The notes below the pieces were generated by a model. That model ran no database searches and was not told the origin of the DNA. It saw only the letters and a program-made list of their open reading frames with translations. A stretch of 64,000 bases of DNA, taken from the NCBI RefSeq assembly GCF_964194155.1, contig NC_135915.1, positions 2,046,001-2,110,000 on the forward strand, written 5' to 3'. This document shows positions 50,390-63,044 of this stretch, piece by piece (position 1 is the stretch's first letter; each line of letters starts with the position of its first letter). The position numbers and the translations under genes are program-made. The stretch is from Cetorhinus maximus. Taxonomy: Eukaryota.

Positions 50390-51070
50390 CAGCTGCTTCT
50401 GCCAATCAGGGCAATCATCCCCATAACTGACAGGCGGAGCAGCCAATGGAGCTGCATCAGATTTTCACCCACAGCCACCTCAGCCATTCAGGGAGAAGCG
50501 CTCGCTGAATGACAGCTACCTGAGCCAATTAAGTTGGCTTAGCGGCTGACTGACAGTCACTTCATCCAATCAGGGAGCTGCAACCTATTGACCCAGAGTC
50601 AGGTAGACCATTCAGGGTATTCTTCCTCTGCGCCGACATTCATCTCAACCAATCAGGGAGCAACAACTGCTCACTGACAGACAGTTCAGCCAAACAGTTC
50701 ATTCCAACAGCTGACGGGCATAAGCTTCATCTAATCACGTTGATGCAACTAGTGATTCACAGTTAGTTCAGCCAATCTTAGCGTTCAGTATTTGACTGAG
50801 AGCTCCTCAAACAAATGGAGAGTCCCGAAGGTGTGACGGACACCTGCCCTGCCCGATTGGAGCGTTTCAGAATGAGATTGAAAGCTCTACTATCCAATCG
50901 GATAGATGCAACAGCCCTGGAATTTCCTGGAGTAATGAAAATACCGCCTTCAAATCCGACCAATAGCCGAGCGCCTTGCTCACCTCAGCAAAACCTATCC
51001 CAGCCCACTTAGCGATTGACAGAGGCGTAAGGTTAGGTTGCTTGCAGATCATCGGCCAATCAAAACCCGG
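50265..51070 (+). repeat. CTGACAG + CCAAT ~40-bp array, 3' of GPCR copy 2
   Basis: Paralogue of 6975-7900; includes gattgacag at ~51014. Confidence 0.7.
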
Positions 51071-51289
51071 CCCAATTGCTTCGAATCTGAAAGGGTAACC
51101 ACAACCCACCGTCATGACATCATAACGCTCGATCCTGGCTGGAGGTTAGTCAATAATCCTTAAAGCTTTGGGAATTACGGCAGTGCAACTATATTTCACT
51201 GATTCTAATTAAAGCTGGAACCAAAAGGCAGAAATTCAGAGATTGAAATAGGAGGGACACAGGGAAAAGGAAGGATCAAGTTAAATGAC

Positions 51290-52705
51290 AGAATCACAGA
51301 ACTTTTAGCAAGTTGAAGACGGCCATTTGTCCCATTGTGTCTGCACCGAATCTCTCAATGAGCAACTCACCAAGCTCTATTCTCCAGCCTTCTCTCCATA
51401 ACCTGCACTTTCTTCATTTTCAGATAACACTCTAATTCCCGAACAAATGCTTCATTTCAACCTGAATCCACCAGCTCTCAGTCACTGTCTTACAGATCCA
51501 AAAAACTCGCAGTGCGAAAGCATAATATTTAATGTTATCAGTGCGTCTTTTCCTGATGACCTTAATACTGAGCTTCCTCACCCTGAGTGCTTTCACGAAA
51601 ATGAACCCTTTCCCCTTGTTTAATAAGGGTCACTCATGATTCTAAATAGACATATCAAATATCCTCTCAGCCTTCTCTTCTTCAAGAAAAACAATCCTAA
51701 CTTAGATTCATCGAGTCATTGGTGTCATCAGCACAGAAAAAGGCCCTTTTCAGCCATCGAACCTGCGCCGGTCAAACAAGTACTTATCTATTCTGAACCC
51801 ATTGTCCAGCACCAGGCCCATAGCCTTGTATGCCATGGCATCGCAAGTGCATATACAAACATATCTTACATGTTATGAGGGTTTCTGATTCAAACACCCT
51901 TTGAGGCAGTGAGTTCCAGATGCCCAACACTCTCTGGGTGAAAGAAAATCTTCCTCACATCCCCACTAAACCTCCTGCCCCTTACCTTAAATCTATGCCC
52001 ACTGGTTATGGATCCCTCCACCAAAGGGATGAGCTCCTTCCTGTCAACCCCATCTATGCACCTCATAATTCTATACACTCAGTCATGTCCCCCTTCAATC
52101 TGCACTCCTTCAGGGAAACAAAACCCAGTCTATATAATCTCGCTTCATAACTAAAGCTCTCCAGTCCAGGCAACATCCTGGTAAATCTCCTCTGCACTCT
52201 CTCTGATGGAATGACATCCTTCCCATAATGCACATTCCAGAACTGCACGCAATACTCTAGCTGTGACCTGACCAGTGTTTTATATAGTTCAAGCATAACC
52301 TCCCTGCTCTTATACTCTATGACTCATCTAATATCGGCAAGTATCCCATATGTCTTCTTAACCAGTTAATCTACATGTTCCGCTACCTGAAGGGACCGGT
52401 GGATATGCACACACAGGTCCCTGTGATCCTCGGCACTTCCCAAGTACAATTCATCGTGTACTCCCGTGCCTTGCTTGTCCTGCACAAGTGAAGCACGTCA
52501 CACTTAACCGGATTAAATTCCATTTGCCAATGATCAGCCCATCTGACCAGCGCGTCTATATCCTCCTTTAATCTGGGGCTATCCTATGCACTATTTACCA
52601 CCCCACCAATACCCGTGTCATTCGCGAACTTAATGATCAACCATCCTACATTCAGTTCCAAATCGTTTATATATACCACAAACAGAAAAGGACCCAACAC
52701 CAATC
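51290..52705 (-). mobile_element. Old CR1 fragment with a younger CR1 (51705-52705) inserted
   Basis: MLELYKTLVRSQLEYCVQFW...ERVQRRFTRMLPGLE and QGLVLGPFLFVVYINDL. Confidence 0.88.
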
Positions 52706-53464
52706 CCTGTAACTTCTCCAAGTTCAAACCTGGAAACATTCTCGTGAAGCTTATCTGTCCTCTATACAGTAACTTCACTTGCCCTGCCCAGATCTCAACG
52801 TAATAATTCAACTAGAGTCCAAACTAGTCATTTATGCAAGTTGAACTAACTTCCTTGCACTTATATTCTATTTTACGATAAATACAGCCTTGCTTTAGTT
52901 ACTGATTTCTCAAAATATACTGCCACCTTCAATGGCTTGTCCTTCTGCTCATACCCCCTTCAGAGATGTAACCTTCATTTTGTGCTGTCTCTCCTCATGT
53001 TCTCGCTACTAAAATTAATTATTTCGCATCTATTTGTATTGAACTTCATCTACCACCTGCCTATCCATTCCACTGACTTGTCCAGGCCCTTTTGAAATGC
53101 TATTCTATCCACCTCACAGTTCAGAAATCTTCTGATTTAGTTGCTTATCAGCTGAAATACCTTTATACCTTTCTTTTCTCCCCTTGTAATGTTTTCAAGA
53201 CCAATACAACAATTAGCTTTACTTTATATCATTAATATTAGTTAACATGACCAATTCACGATTTACACTCAATGTACCCGTCTGTGTGTTGGCTATCAAG
53301 TTAACTTTTACAAGTGAAATCGAACATTATACCGTGTGGATCAGTTATTATGCCCAATAAAATAAACACGTACAATTGTACTCCTCTGCATAGGGTCTGA
53401 AGCCCAACTTAGCAATCAAATGTCAATTTATGCTAGAGTATACAATTGATCTTAATTATTTAGC

Positions 53465-53531
53465 ATCTATGTGTTTGTGTGTGTGTGTTTGTTTGTGTGT
53501 GTGTGAGTGTGTTTGATTGTGTGTTTTTCTC

Positions 53532-53562
<31 letters not shown>

Positions 53563-54270
53563 GTGTTTGGGCGCCCGCGGTCACGATAAACCCCAGCCGA
53601 GGGAGATTGCTGAAGGTGAGGTTGTGTGTGCGTGTTTGTATTTGACTGTGTGAGTAAATATGTCTATTTATGTTTCTGTGCGTCTGTGTGTGCGAAGGTG
53701 TGTGACAATGTGTATGTGTGTGTGTGTTTGGGCGTTTGTCTGTGGTTGTGTGCATCTATGTCTGTCTGAGTGCCTGTCCGTGTATGTCTACGTGCATGCG
53801 TATATTTGCGTGGGTGCGTATTTGAGGATATGTCTGCCTGTGTGTGTTGCTCTCTGCATGTATGATTTTTGAGTGCGTGTGTGTATGTGTTTGTGTATGT
53901 TTGTGCGTGCGTATCGGAGTGCACGCATCTATTCATGTATCTGTCCGCCTGTACGTTTCCTTCTCTTTATATGTGTGTGTGTGTGTGTGAGAGAGAGAGA
54001 GTGTACATCTCTCTGTCTTTCGATCTGTGTGTGTGTGTGCGTGTGCGCAATGTGTTTCTGTGCCATGTGAACATGACAGCATCCTACAGTGGGAGAGCGC
54101 TGATTGTGAGTCTGTTTTGTGTAGGCGTCTGTGTCTGTAAGCCTGTTCGTCTTCCCGTGTGTATGTGTGGGAGAGAGAGAGAGAGAGAGAGAGAGTGAAA
54201 GAGTGAGAGTGAAATAGTGAAAGAGAGAGAGAGTGATAGAGTGAGAGTGAGAGAGAGGGAGAGAGAGAAA
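53465..54270. repeat. (GT)n then (GA)n low-complexity tract
   Basis: Seen directly in the sequence; paralogue of 9285-10075. Confidence 0.9.
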
Positions 54271-54496
54271 TTGTTGTTCCAGTACACACTATATTTTTAT
54301 TTACGAAATACCTTGTTAATGTTCTGCCATTGATCTGATCTCTGTGTAAAAAAAGTACAAGGCAGTGCTTATTGTGAAATGAGAATTATAAGCCTAACCA
54401 GTTTGTAAGTGTGTTTAAAATTATCAGAGTAACGCATGTTGCATCAAAAGAGATTGAACGTTAATACACTATTAGTCAAAGTGGAACAGTCATGTA

Positions 54497-54725
54497 CTAA
54501 AAACAATAAAATGCTGGAAAAACTAACAGGTCTGACAGAATGTGTGGAGAGAAAGACTGAGTCAAAGTTTCGAGTCCGTATGACTCTTCTTCAGTGGACC
54601 CAAGGGTAGTCATGCAGAGTCGATACACTAAAATTGTCTTACTCTCCACAGATGCTGTCAGACCTGTTGAGTTTCCCAGCATATTTTTTTTGCTTCAGAT
54701 TTTCAGCATCCGCATTATTTTGCCA
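54497..54725. mobile_element. Palindromic pair of Penelope terminal repeats; intact hammerhead core on the - strand at 54568-54594
   Basis: aatgctggaaaaactaacaggtctgacagaatgtgtggagag is mirrored by ctctccacagatgctgtcagacctgttgagtttcccagcat. The - strand reads CTGAAGA-a-GAGTC-atacg-GACTC-GAAAc. Confidence 0.7.
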
Positions 54726-54959
54726 TTATGGGACAGTCATGTACTGCACCTTAACATGTTTGATGAATAAAGTATATCATTTTTTAGAAAACTAAAGTTT
54801 TACACAGTTTGAATTCTCCTTTCTCCAATTTATCACAGACTTTCATTGTGTCCATTTCATCCCGTCTTCGCCCTGTCTTAAACCTCTTAATTGCCTAACG
54901 TTTTCCAGCTCTGAAATAAGCTCAATGGCATGAAATATAAAGTCAGTCAGTTCTGAATA

Positions 54960-55825
54960 GAAATACAATGAAATAGCCAGGACTTCAGTAGTCAAAGACG
55001 TGTCTTATGAATGTCAGTTACAGGACTCGATTAAGACATTCTGAGACGCTGAGGTATGTCAAGTTTAAAACGGCCCATTCCGTAAAAGGTTTCCTTTGTT
55101 ACGCTCACAGAAAGTGGACTGCAAATTTTACCTTCGCAAATTTGCATCAGTAAAGGCACAAACATCACATTAATTTGGAACTAAAATACATCTTACAAAA
55201 TACTTGTTTGCATTAGATAATTTCAAATTAAAATACGTTAACGATTTGTTAATTGGTAAAAATGAACACTTTTGACGACAGAAAGAGAAAAGCTGTTAGA
55301 CCAATCAGCAGCTTATTAAGAGGAAGCAGTAATACAAACTGCAGGAAATCTGTTTGCACATCATATGATTCGAAAACATTGAAAAGTTTTCTTTCGTGAT
55401 GTTTGGAAAGCAACATCATCGATGATGTCCTCAAATAATAAGCTACCAAATGTATCACTTTGGATGTACATAATGCAGAGGGCAGATCGCTATCCTTGCA
55501 GCAAACTTTAGCCAAATTCATCGATCTCAGTCCTGGAGAACTGAGCAGAATTTCTCAAGTAAGTGTTTGTGAACGTGCATCATCCTTACAAAGATATATT
55601 CCGTTCAAAGCTTGTGAACACTTCAAATTCTTGGATTTCAAAAGTTACATATCCAAAAATGTAGATATTGATCTTGTGCCAAAGAGATTAAAAAATCCGT
55701 GCGCAACTCGACCCGAGGCACAACTGATGCTGCCGTGCAGCTGCGACCAGCAGACTGCTGGATTTATACACGCCGTTTTCAAGTTAACCATTCAACATGA
55801 AACACATTTAAGCTACAGGAAATAA
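54960..55825 (+). other. Unidentified decayed coding-like sequence, copy B
   Basis: ORF 55460-55825 (GRSLSLQQTLAKFIDLSPGELSRISQV.VCER..SLQRYIPFK) is homologous to 12287-12565. Confidence 0.4.
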
Positions 55826-56254
55826 TTATGTGGACAGCAGCAAGGGGATCTGAATGGAATCCTTCCTTTTGTATGAATAAAATATTTATCAATGGGGTTT
55901 TACGGCATTTTAAAATAAAACATTGTTACACCTGCACAAATACATGAACTCATTCTGACTAATAACTTTGTAACGATATAGGTAAAAATGTATTTCACAT
56001 ATTAGAATGAAATGTCCATATTTGTATTGTAACATGCCAGTTTCAACCGATTATGTCCAATTACCACCCTCTCAGCCACCGACTGCCCGCCCCACACGCT
56101 TGAAAGCGTGAAATCACAACGGTCCGGAACATTTACGGACCAACTTGTCAGGACTAAACAGGATGGGGGACTGGAAGAGCTCATAGACATTGGGAATGAT
56201 TGAGAACTTTGGGCATGGTGTTTTCCTGAGCACCAAATGGTGCCGATTATCTCA

Positions 56255-56600
56255 GCCATCGTTCCAATGGACAATTCAGCAGTTGTCGCATCGATCGTTT
56301 GGTCTCCCCAGCAGCAGTCACATCACTCGGTTGGTCTCCCCAGCAGTGGATACATAGCACGGGTGGTCTTTCCAGCAGCAGTTACATCGCTCGGGTGGTC
56401 TCTCCAGCAGCAGTCACATCGCTCGGGTGATCTCTCCAAAAGTAGTTGCACAGCTCGGGTGGTTTCTCCAGCATTAGTCACATGGCTCGGGTGTTCTCTC
56501 CAGCAGTAGTTACATCGCTCGGGTGGTCTCTCCAGCAGTAGTTACATCGCTCGGATGAACTTTCCAGCGGCAATCCCATCGCTGAGGTGAACTCTCCGGC
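56255..56600. repeat. 32-bp minisatellite (paralogue of 13035-13260)
   Basis: About 10-11 units of cagcagtagttacatcgctcgggtggtctctc. Confidence 0.88.
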
Positions 56601-56884
56601 GATATACAGCTAAAGTGGATCCAGAGCATGTCGTTTGGCTAAAGCAAAGCTTTTCAATCGGGGCGTGTGTGAAGGGCAAATGACAAGCATCCAGGGAAGG
56701 CGTCTAACACGAAACTCACAAGCACTCGGGCAAAGGCAGATTCGTCCCTGTGTGCATATTATTCTGGGTGTCATAGACCCAGCTTGGGCTGTCCCCCTGA
56801 ATATAGGGAGTTTGCTCATGAACAGAAAATAGGAAAAGGAATGAGAACACTCAATCCCGGCGTGAGAAATCCCGGCTTCTCTCT

Positions 56885-58430
56885 CAAACCCACACACACA
56901 CAGATACACAAACACATACTCACTCAATTACACACACAAACACGCACACAAGAACACTCAGCCGTAGATTTTCACTTGATCTCACACTATTAGATTGTCA
57001 AACACAGTTTCTCAAATATATGCACTCTCTTGCCTGCTCTCAGTCACAGTATGATACACTCAAACTGGCCCTCATACACTCAGCCTCATACACACCCACT
57101 CACAGACTGATTTTCACTCACGCACTGAAATCCCAAGCTCACTCAATCTGACACTGTGAAAATGCCACGCATTCTCTCTGTCACAAAAACACACGCACAC
57201 ACACACACACAATATCATAGACTCATGAACACTGACACTTTTCCCCACAATCACACTCACACACACATTCTCTCTGACGCATTTTCACGAAATCCCATGC
57301 TCACACAATTCCACACTGTCCAAATCTCTCTCTCTATCTATTTCTCTCTCTCTCTCTTTCACTCGCACACACACAACATGCACACACTCACACAGGCAGA
57401 CACTCACAGACACTTTGCATTCCACATTTTTTCTCTCACTGACACGGGCATTCACTCACTCCCTCACACACACTCACAGAAGCACTCACACATTAATCAC
57501 AAGAACACACTTACTCCGTCACACACGCACTCTCCCAGAATCAAATACTCATTCAATATCACACTGTCAAAATGCCACACATTCTCTTTCACCCTCACAC
57601 ACACACTTTCACTCACACAGACTCAGACTCACATGCACACAGACACAAACCAACATCCACACACACACAGATTCTGTCACACAGTCACAATATCATACAG
57701 TCAATGTCTCACACACATTGACACTCTCACTCTCTATCTCTCACAAGCAGGCAGACAAACAGATTCACATACTTACTGACACACCCTCACAAAAACTTTT
57801 CAGCTCTCTCAATTGTATGCACTCACATATCACACTCACTCACAAACTCTTGCAGAGAAGCACTCATGCGTATCAACAGGCAATAGCAAACATACATTCA
57901 GAAACACTCTCGCTCTCTAATACTCTCACTCACACGCACATTCACACATTCTCTCAAGCACTCTAAATTTCACACATCCTGCTGTCCCACCATACAAAGA
58001 AACGTATTCGCACAATCACGCACTCTTTCAAACAATTTCTAACTCACTTTCATAATCTCAAAATGACACACTCTTACGCACACACTATTAATGCCATCAG
58101 ACACAAACATAAACACAAATTTCCTGAATCACAAATAAGGAAAATCATAGTCAAACTGACTCACAAGCTCTCCCTCGCATGCTCCCGTCACACACACACA
58201 CTCACATGCTGTCAGATAAAAAATAATATAGTCGCACCGCACTGTCACACACACACAGATACACAATTGCTCAATCTTGCCCTGTGTTTGTCTATGTGTG
58301 TGTGTGTGTGTGAGTGTGTGTGTTTTATGTGGATATGTTTTTTGTTTGTTTGTGTGTTTTATGCACGTTGACATCCCGAGCGTGTTGGAGTGAGTCTGCT
58401 GATGTGTGTGTATGTGTGTGAGGGTGTGTT
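56885..58430. repeat. (CA)n-rich then (GT)n tract
   Basis: Seen directly in the sequence; paralogue of 13535-14780. Confidence 0.9.
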
Positions 58431-59234
58431 TTCAGGTAGAAATTCAATCATGATTTTATTGGATGCCGGACAGACTCCAATACCCGAATGGCAACCTCAT
58501 TGTCCCGATTACTTAATTCATTACACACCTTAAGGATTTCTATTTGTCCTAATCGGTGATAGTGCAATGGCGGGCGTTGATCCCACAATCCCCCGCGGAT
58601 GGGAAAGCCCACTATCAGTGAGCAGGGCCGCACTGCACTCTGGGAGAGTGAACCGACTGCACATGCGCAACAATACTGCGTGCTTAACAGGAAGCTGCTT
58701 CTCATTTACATTTAATTATTATCACTGTTATTATTATTTAGCTCCTCGACGGGTCAGAGTTCCAGTTCCTTCTCAATTCTGAAGATTCGAATCTTCCTTT
58801 CTCTTTGTCGAATTAAAATAAATGCCTGCAATAAGACACTGAAGCCAGAAGGCCAAAGCTGCGGACCTGTGGCCGGGGTAAGACAAAGAGCAGCGGTCGA
58901 TGTAGCCGGTGGGCAAGACTTAACAGTGGGAGGACCAGAGAGACACAGGAGGGCCAGGCGAAGTTTAGAGCGGCACGTAGCGGTTAGGATGTGAAATGAC
59001 TCCAAGCGCAGTCTCCCTCTTCCTCAAGCCCAGTTCAGTTGGCAGAGGCAGGAGGAAATGTCTTCAAACATGAACTTCAGCTTCTCAACTCCAGAACAAA
59101 AAGAAACATTCAAGCTGCACAACAGATTTACTCACCAATCCCCAGACTATATCCGCCCTTATCACATCAACTGTGGTGTGAGATAGTTTAAGTCGTTTAC
59201 TGTTGAAGGATTTCAGATATCAAGTGCTATTAAT

Positions 59235-60230
59235 GGCTTTAGAAATAGGAGCAGGAGAAGGATACTAGGACCCTCGAGCCTACTCCGCCATTTAATAGGG
59301 TCATCGCTGGTCAGATTATGCGCTTAGCTCCAAACCTTTGCTCCATTTCCATATCTGTCCCCCTTTGCCCTCCGTTCCCTTGTCGATGAAATCTCTACCG
59401 AAGTCAGCATTGAATATAATCAATGACCCAGATTCCACTGCTCACTGGGCAAGGGAATTAATGAATCTGGGAAACAAGGAATTCCTCATCATCTCCGCTA
59501 CAAATGCTTGACTCATATTCTTTAATTGTGCCACTAGTTCTGAATCCGGCACAAAGGGAAACATCCTCTCAGCAAACACCTGGTCAAAGCGTCTCGGAAT
59601 TATACCTGTTCCAAGGCGACTCTGAAGTCCAATATGCACCAGTTCAAAGGGCTGAAAATTTGCTCATGAGAAAACGCCTTCATCACTGGAATCAGCATCT
59701 CTGAACTGCCTGCAGTGCAAACATTACCTTCGTTATGTCAGGAGACCAAAGTGAGTAGAGAAGATTAGACGAGAATGGATTCATCGATGAGGGACCTCCG
59801 TTAAGTGAATAGATTGGAGGAGCTGGCGTTGTTCTTGGAGAAGAGAAGCTTGAGAGACTAGGTAGAGATTACCTGAATCATGATTGATCGAGACAGAGTA
59901 GATAGTTATTCTTCTCGTTGGTAGTAGGGCCGAGAATCAGTTGAGATTAGGTTAATGTGTTCGCCAATGAAGCAATGGTGACATGAGGAAAACGACTTTG
60001 ACACGGTAAGGAGATCAGGTCTCCAAAGTTCTGTCCGAGAAAGAGATGGAGCAAAGTTTAATACTTTTTTCTGAGAGGATATCGGATGGGAAGCTGAAGG
60101 GAAAATATTTGCTGGGTTTCGGGGAAAGGGTGGACAAGTGGCAGTAGTGAGATTGCTCCTGCACCGTACTTTCACAGGCTGGATGTGCTGAAAGTCCTCC
60201 TTCTGTACTGAAACCGTTCTATGATTCACA
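59235..60230. mobile_element. Old CR1 fragments (paralogue of 15580-16605)
   Basis: Collinear similarity, e.g. agaaataggagcaggagaagg...ctcgagcct. Confidence 0.65.
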
Positions 60231-60234
60231 CATA

Positions 60235-61450
60235 GAGCTGGGTATCAGTTATGCTGACTGCTCCGTTGCATCCCCTGTTTAAATCTGATTTCTGCTCCAA
60301 CAAATCCATGCTCACTTTAAGGGCAAATGATTGATGCTGGAATTTGAACAACCCAAAGGGTGTGCTGAATGATCTCTGGAGTGAAGATTCCTCATCAAGT
60401 TTCACGTTCTAGTCGCCATATCTGGTTCCAAGCTGATGAAAGCTTTGGCACCTGCCAGTTCTGGCATGGTCCCTTGCACTGTTGGAATATCATAGTCAGT
60501 ACTCCTTATTGGTTGATTTAGGTCTTTGGGATCCAGGCAAATACTTACTCGTCCATTTGCCTTCTCTCTCAAGGCATTTCAATTTACCAATCCATAGGCT
60601 CAATGACTTGGGTAATTATTTTCTTCTCTTTATCTCTTGGAGCTCACTTTCAAGCTTCCTTTCTGCTCTATTGGTAATTTACATGGGGTATGAAACAGTG
60701 ATATTCCCTGGATCAATCATCATGTGATACGCAAAATATTCAGTGCATTCACATATCTTATCTAAACTTTCTGGGTCCAATTGGACCAGATCTTTCTTTC
60801 ATCTGCTCGGAGGACGCTGTTTCAATCAATGTATTATTTTCAATCCTCAGTGACGCCTCATTCATTCCTTGATTTGCTGCGATCAGATACAGCTTTTCAC
60901 AACTGCTCAGCCCCAGGTTAGCAGGTCCATCTGTTTCAGTCGCATATACAATTCAATTAACGTCACTTCCTTTTGGGCCCTTTCACTTTGCTCGTCCCCA
61001 GTTATGAAATATCAGTTTCACATTAGAACTTTAGAATAAGTTTCCTGGCTTTCATTGCATCTTTCTTCAGGGAACCATTCCCTTTCAAACTTTCGGAAAA
61101 TATTTCCCGGTTTTAGCCTGAAGGGTTTGGTATTTCTTTGTGTTCTGGCATTAAGCTTTGGATTAATGTTTGTGAGAGTATTTCCCATCTCATCCAGGTC
61201 TGAATAGTTGCGTAAGTTACTTCTGGCAAGGAAAAGCCACGTCTATAAATGTCATTCAGTTGTCTAGTTCCGATCTCGTATGTATCCTCAACCTCATGGC
61301 CATTTCCTAGGGAATGGAGTTTTTGATTTCTTCTCTTCCACTTTAACCCTGTTTCTCTGCCTCTGATAATTTGTTGACCTTGTTCTTTCTTTGCCCCCGT
61401 GCATCTGTTCCCAGTGATTGTGTTGTCCACAAGCTCTGCCTCCAAGTGTC
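60235..61450 (-). mobile_element. Decayed Gypsy pol fragment (paralogue of 16610-17820)
   Basis: The - strand reads REKANGRVSICLDPKDLNQPIRSTDYDIPTV..TMPELAGAKAF...KLDEESSL..SFSTPFGLFKF. Confidence 0.85.
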
Positions 61451-61959
61451 TGTGGGCTCTGTTTGCCACCTGTTTCTGCAGGCAGGTACTACTGTGGGTC
61501 AACATTGTATCCCCGCACTGTGAGTCATAATCATGACGAAATTGGTCATTTACATTTGGAGTCATGGAGGGTTGTGGAAAACAATAATTTCCATCCCCAC
61601 TTCCCAGATGGTTTATGTTTTGGAAAACCTGGTGATCAATGAAGAGGAAACATGTGGCAATCTGGTCCAATATGACAACAATGCAAACGCCTCAATTGCC
61701 GTGCTGGCTCGGCATGTAAACTTTGAGTTTGAGAGGATGGTAGTTCCTACCAGCAGGTGCAGGAAACATGTTATTGTATCTGGATCTGAATTTGCAGTTG
61801 CAGAGAAGATGAAAAAAAATGCTCCAGGGAGACAGATTGTGGGAGTGGAGCCGAGTGAGACGGTCACGGTTCCATTGACATGTTAAATAGGTAATTGTGA
61901 CTTTTCAAGTGGTGGGCTATTGTCCTGTGGGATGGCGATATCTTCGGATATACAAGTTA

Positions 61960-62880
61960 AAAAATCATAGAGGCCTTCAGAACAGAAAAAAAGACATTCG
62001 GACCATCGAGTCTGCACCGGTCAAACAAGTAGCTGGTAATTCTAATCCCATTTGCCAGCACTAGGCACATAGCCTTGTATTCCAGGGCATCACAAGTGCA
62101 AATCCGTACACTTCGTTGATATTATGAGGGTTTCTGCCTCTACAACCCTTTCAGGCACTGAATTCCAGATTCCCACCACCCTCTGGGTGAAAAAACAATT
62201 ATTCCTCGCATCCCCTATAAACATCCTGTCCCTTACATTATATCTATGCCCGCTGGTAATTGATTCCTCCAACCAGTGGAAAACTCCCTTCCTGTCTACC
62301 CTATCTATGCTCCTCAAAATTTTATACACATCAATCATACCCCCGCCTCAATCACCTCTGCTGCAGGGAAATTAACCTCAGTCCATCCAATCTCTCTTCA
62401 TAACTAAAACTCTCCGCCCCAGGCACACCCTGTTAAATCTCCTCTGCACTCTTTCATATACAACCACATCTTTCCTACAATGCGGACTACAGAACTGCAT
62501 GCAATACTCAAGCTGTGGCCTATCCATTGTTTTATACACTTCCAGCATAACCTCCCTGCCCTTATATTCTATTCCTTGGCTAATAAAGGCAAGAATCCCA
62601 TATGCCCCCTAAATCAACTTATCTACCTGCCCCGCTAACTTAAGGGACGGGTGGACATGCACACCAAGCTCCCTCTGATCCTCTATTCATCCCAGGGTCC
62701 TTGCATTCAACGTGCATTCCCGTGCACTGTTTGTCCTGCTGAAGTGCATTATCTTATACTTATCCAGATTAAGGTCTATATGCCACTGATCAGCCCATCT
62801 GACCAGCCCGTCTATATCCTCTGTTAATCTTAGGCTTTCCTACTCACTATTAACCAACCCACCAATTATCATGTCAGCTG
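61960..62880 (-). mobile_element. CR1 LINE 3' fragment
   Basis: MIDVYKILRSIDRVDRK...FFTQRVVGIWNSVPERVVEA; inserted into a segment that is contiguous in copy 1. Confidence 0.88.
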
Positions 62881-63044
62881 CAACCGGCCAGCTGGATGGG
62901 CTCAATAGTTTGTGAATGGAAGACACGATGGAAATCTCTCCAATGGTCTGAGTGCCCCCCGATTCGAGAATGAATCTAGAGTGAGTTTCAAACAATTCCA
63001 GGCGAGGCATCCTCCATGCTCCGCAACAACAAACCAGGGAAATG

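Noticed and set aside
61113-61670. 185-aa ORF as a novel gene
   Set aside because: It spans a deletion junction (~61450-61490) between Gypsy sequence and another relic, and is not open in the paralogous copy.
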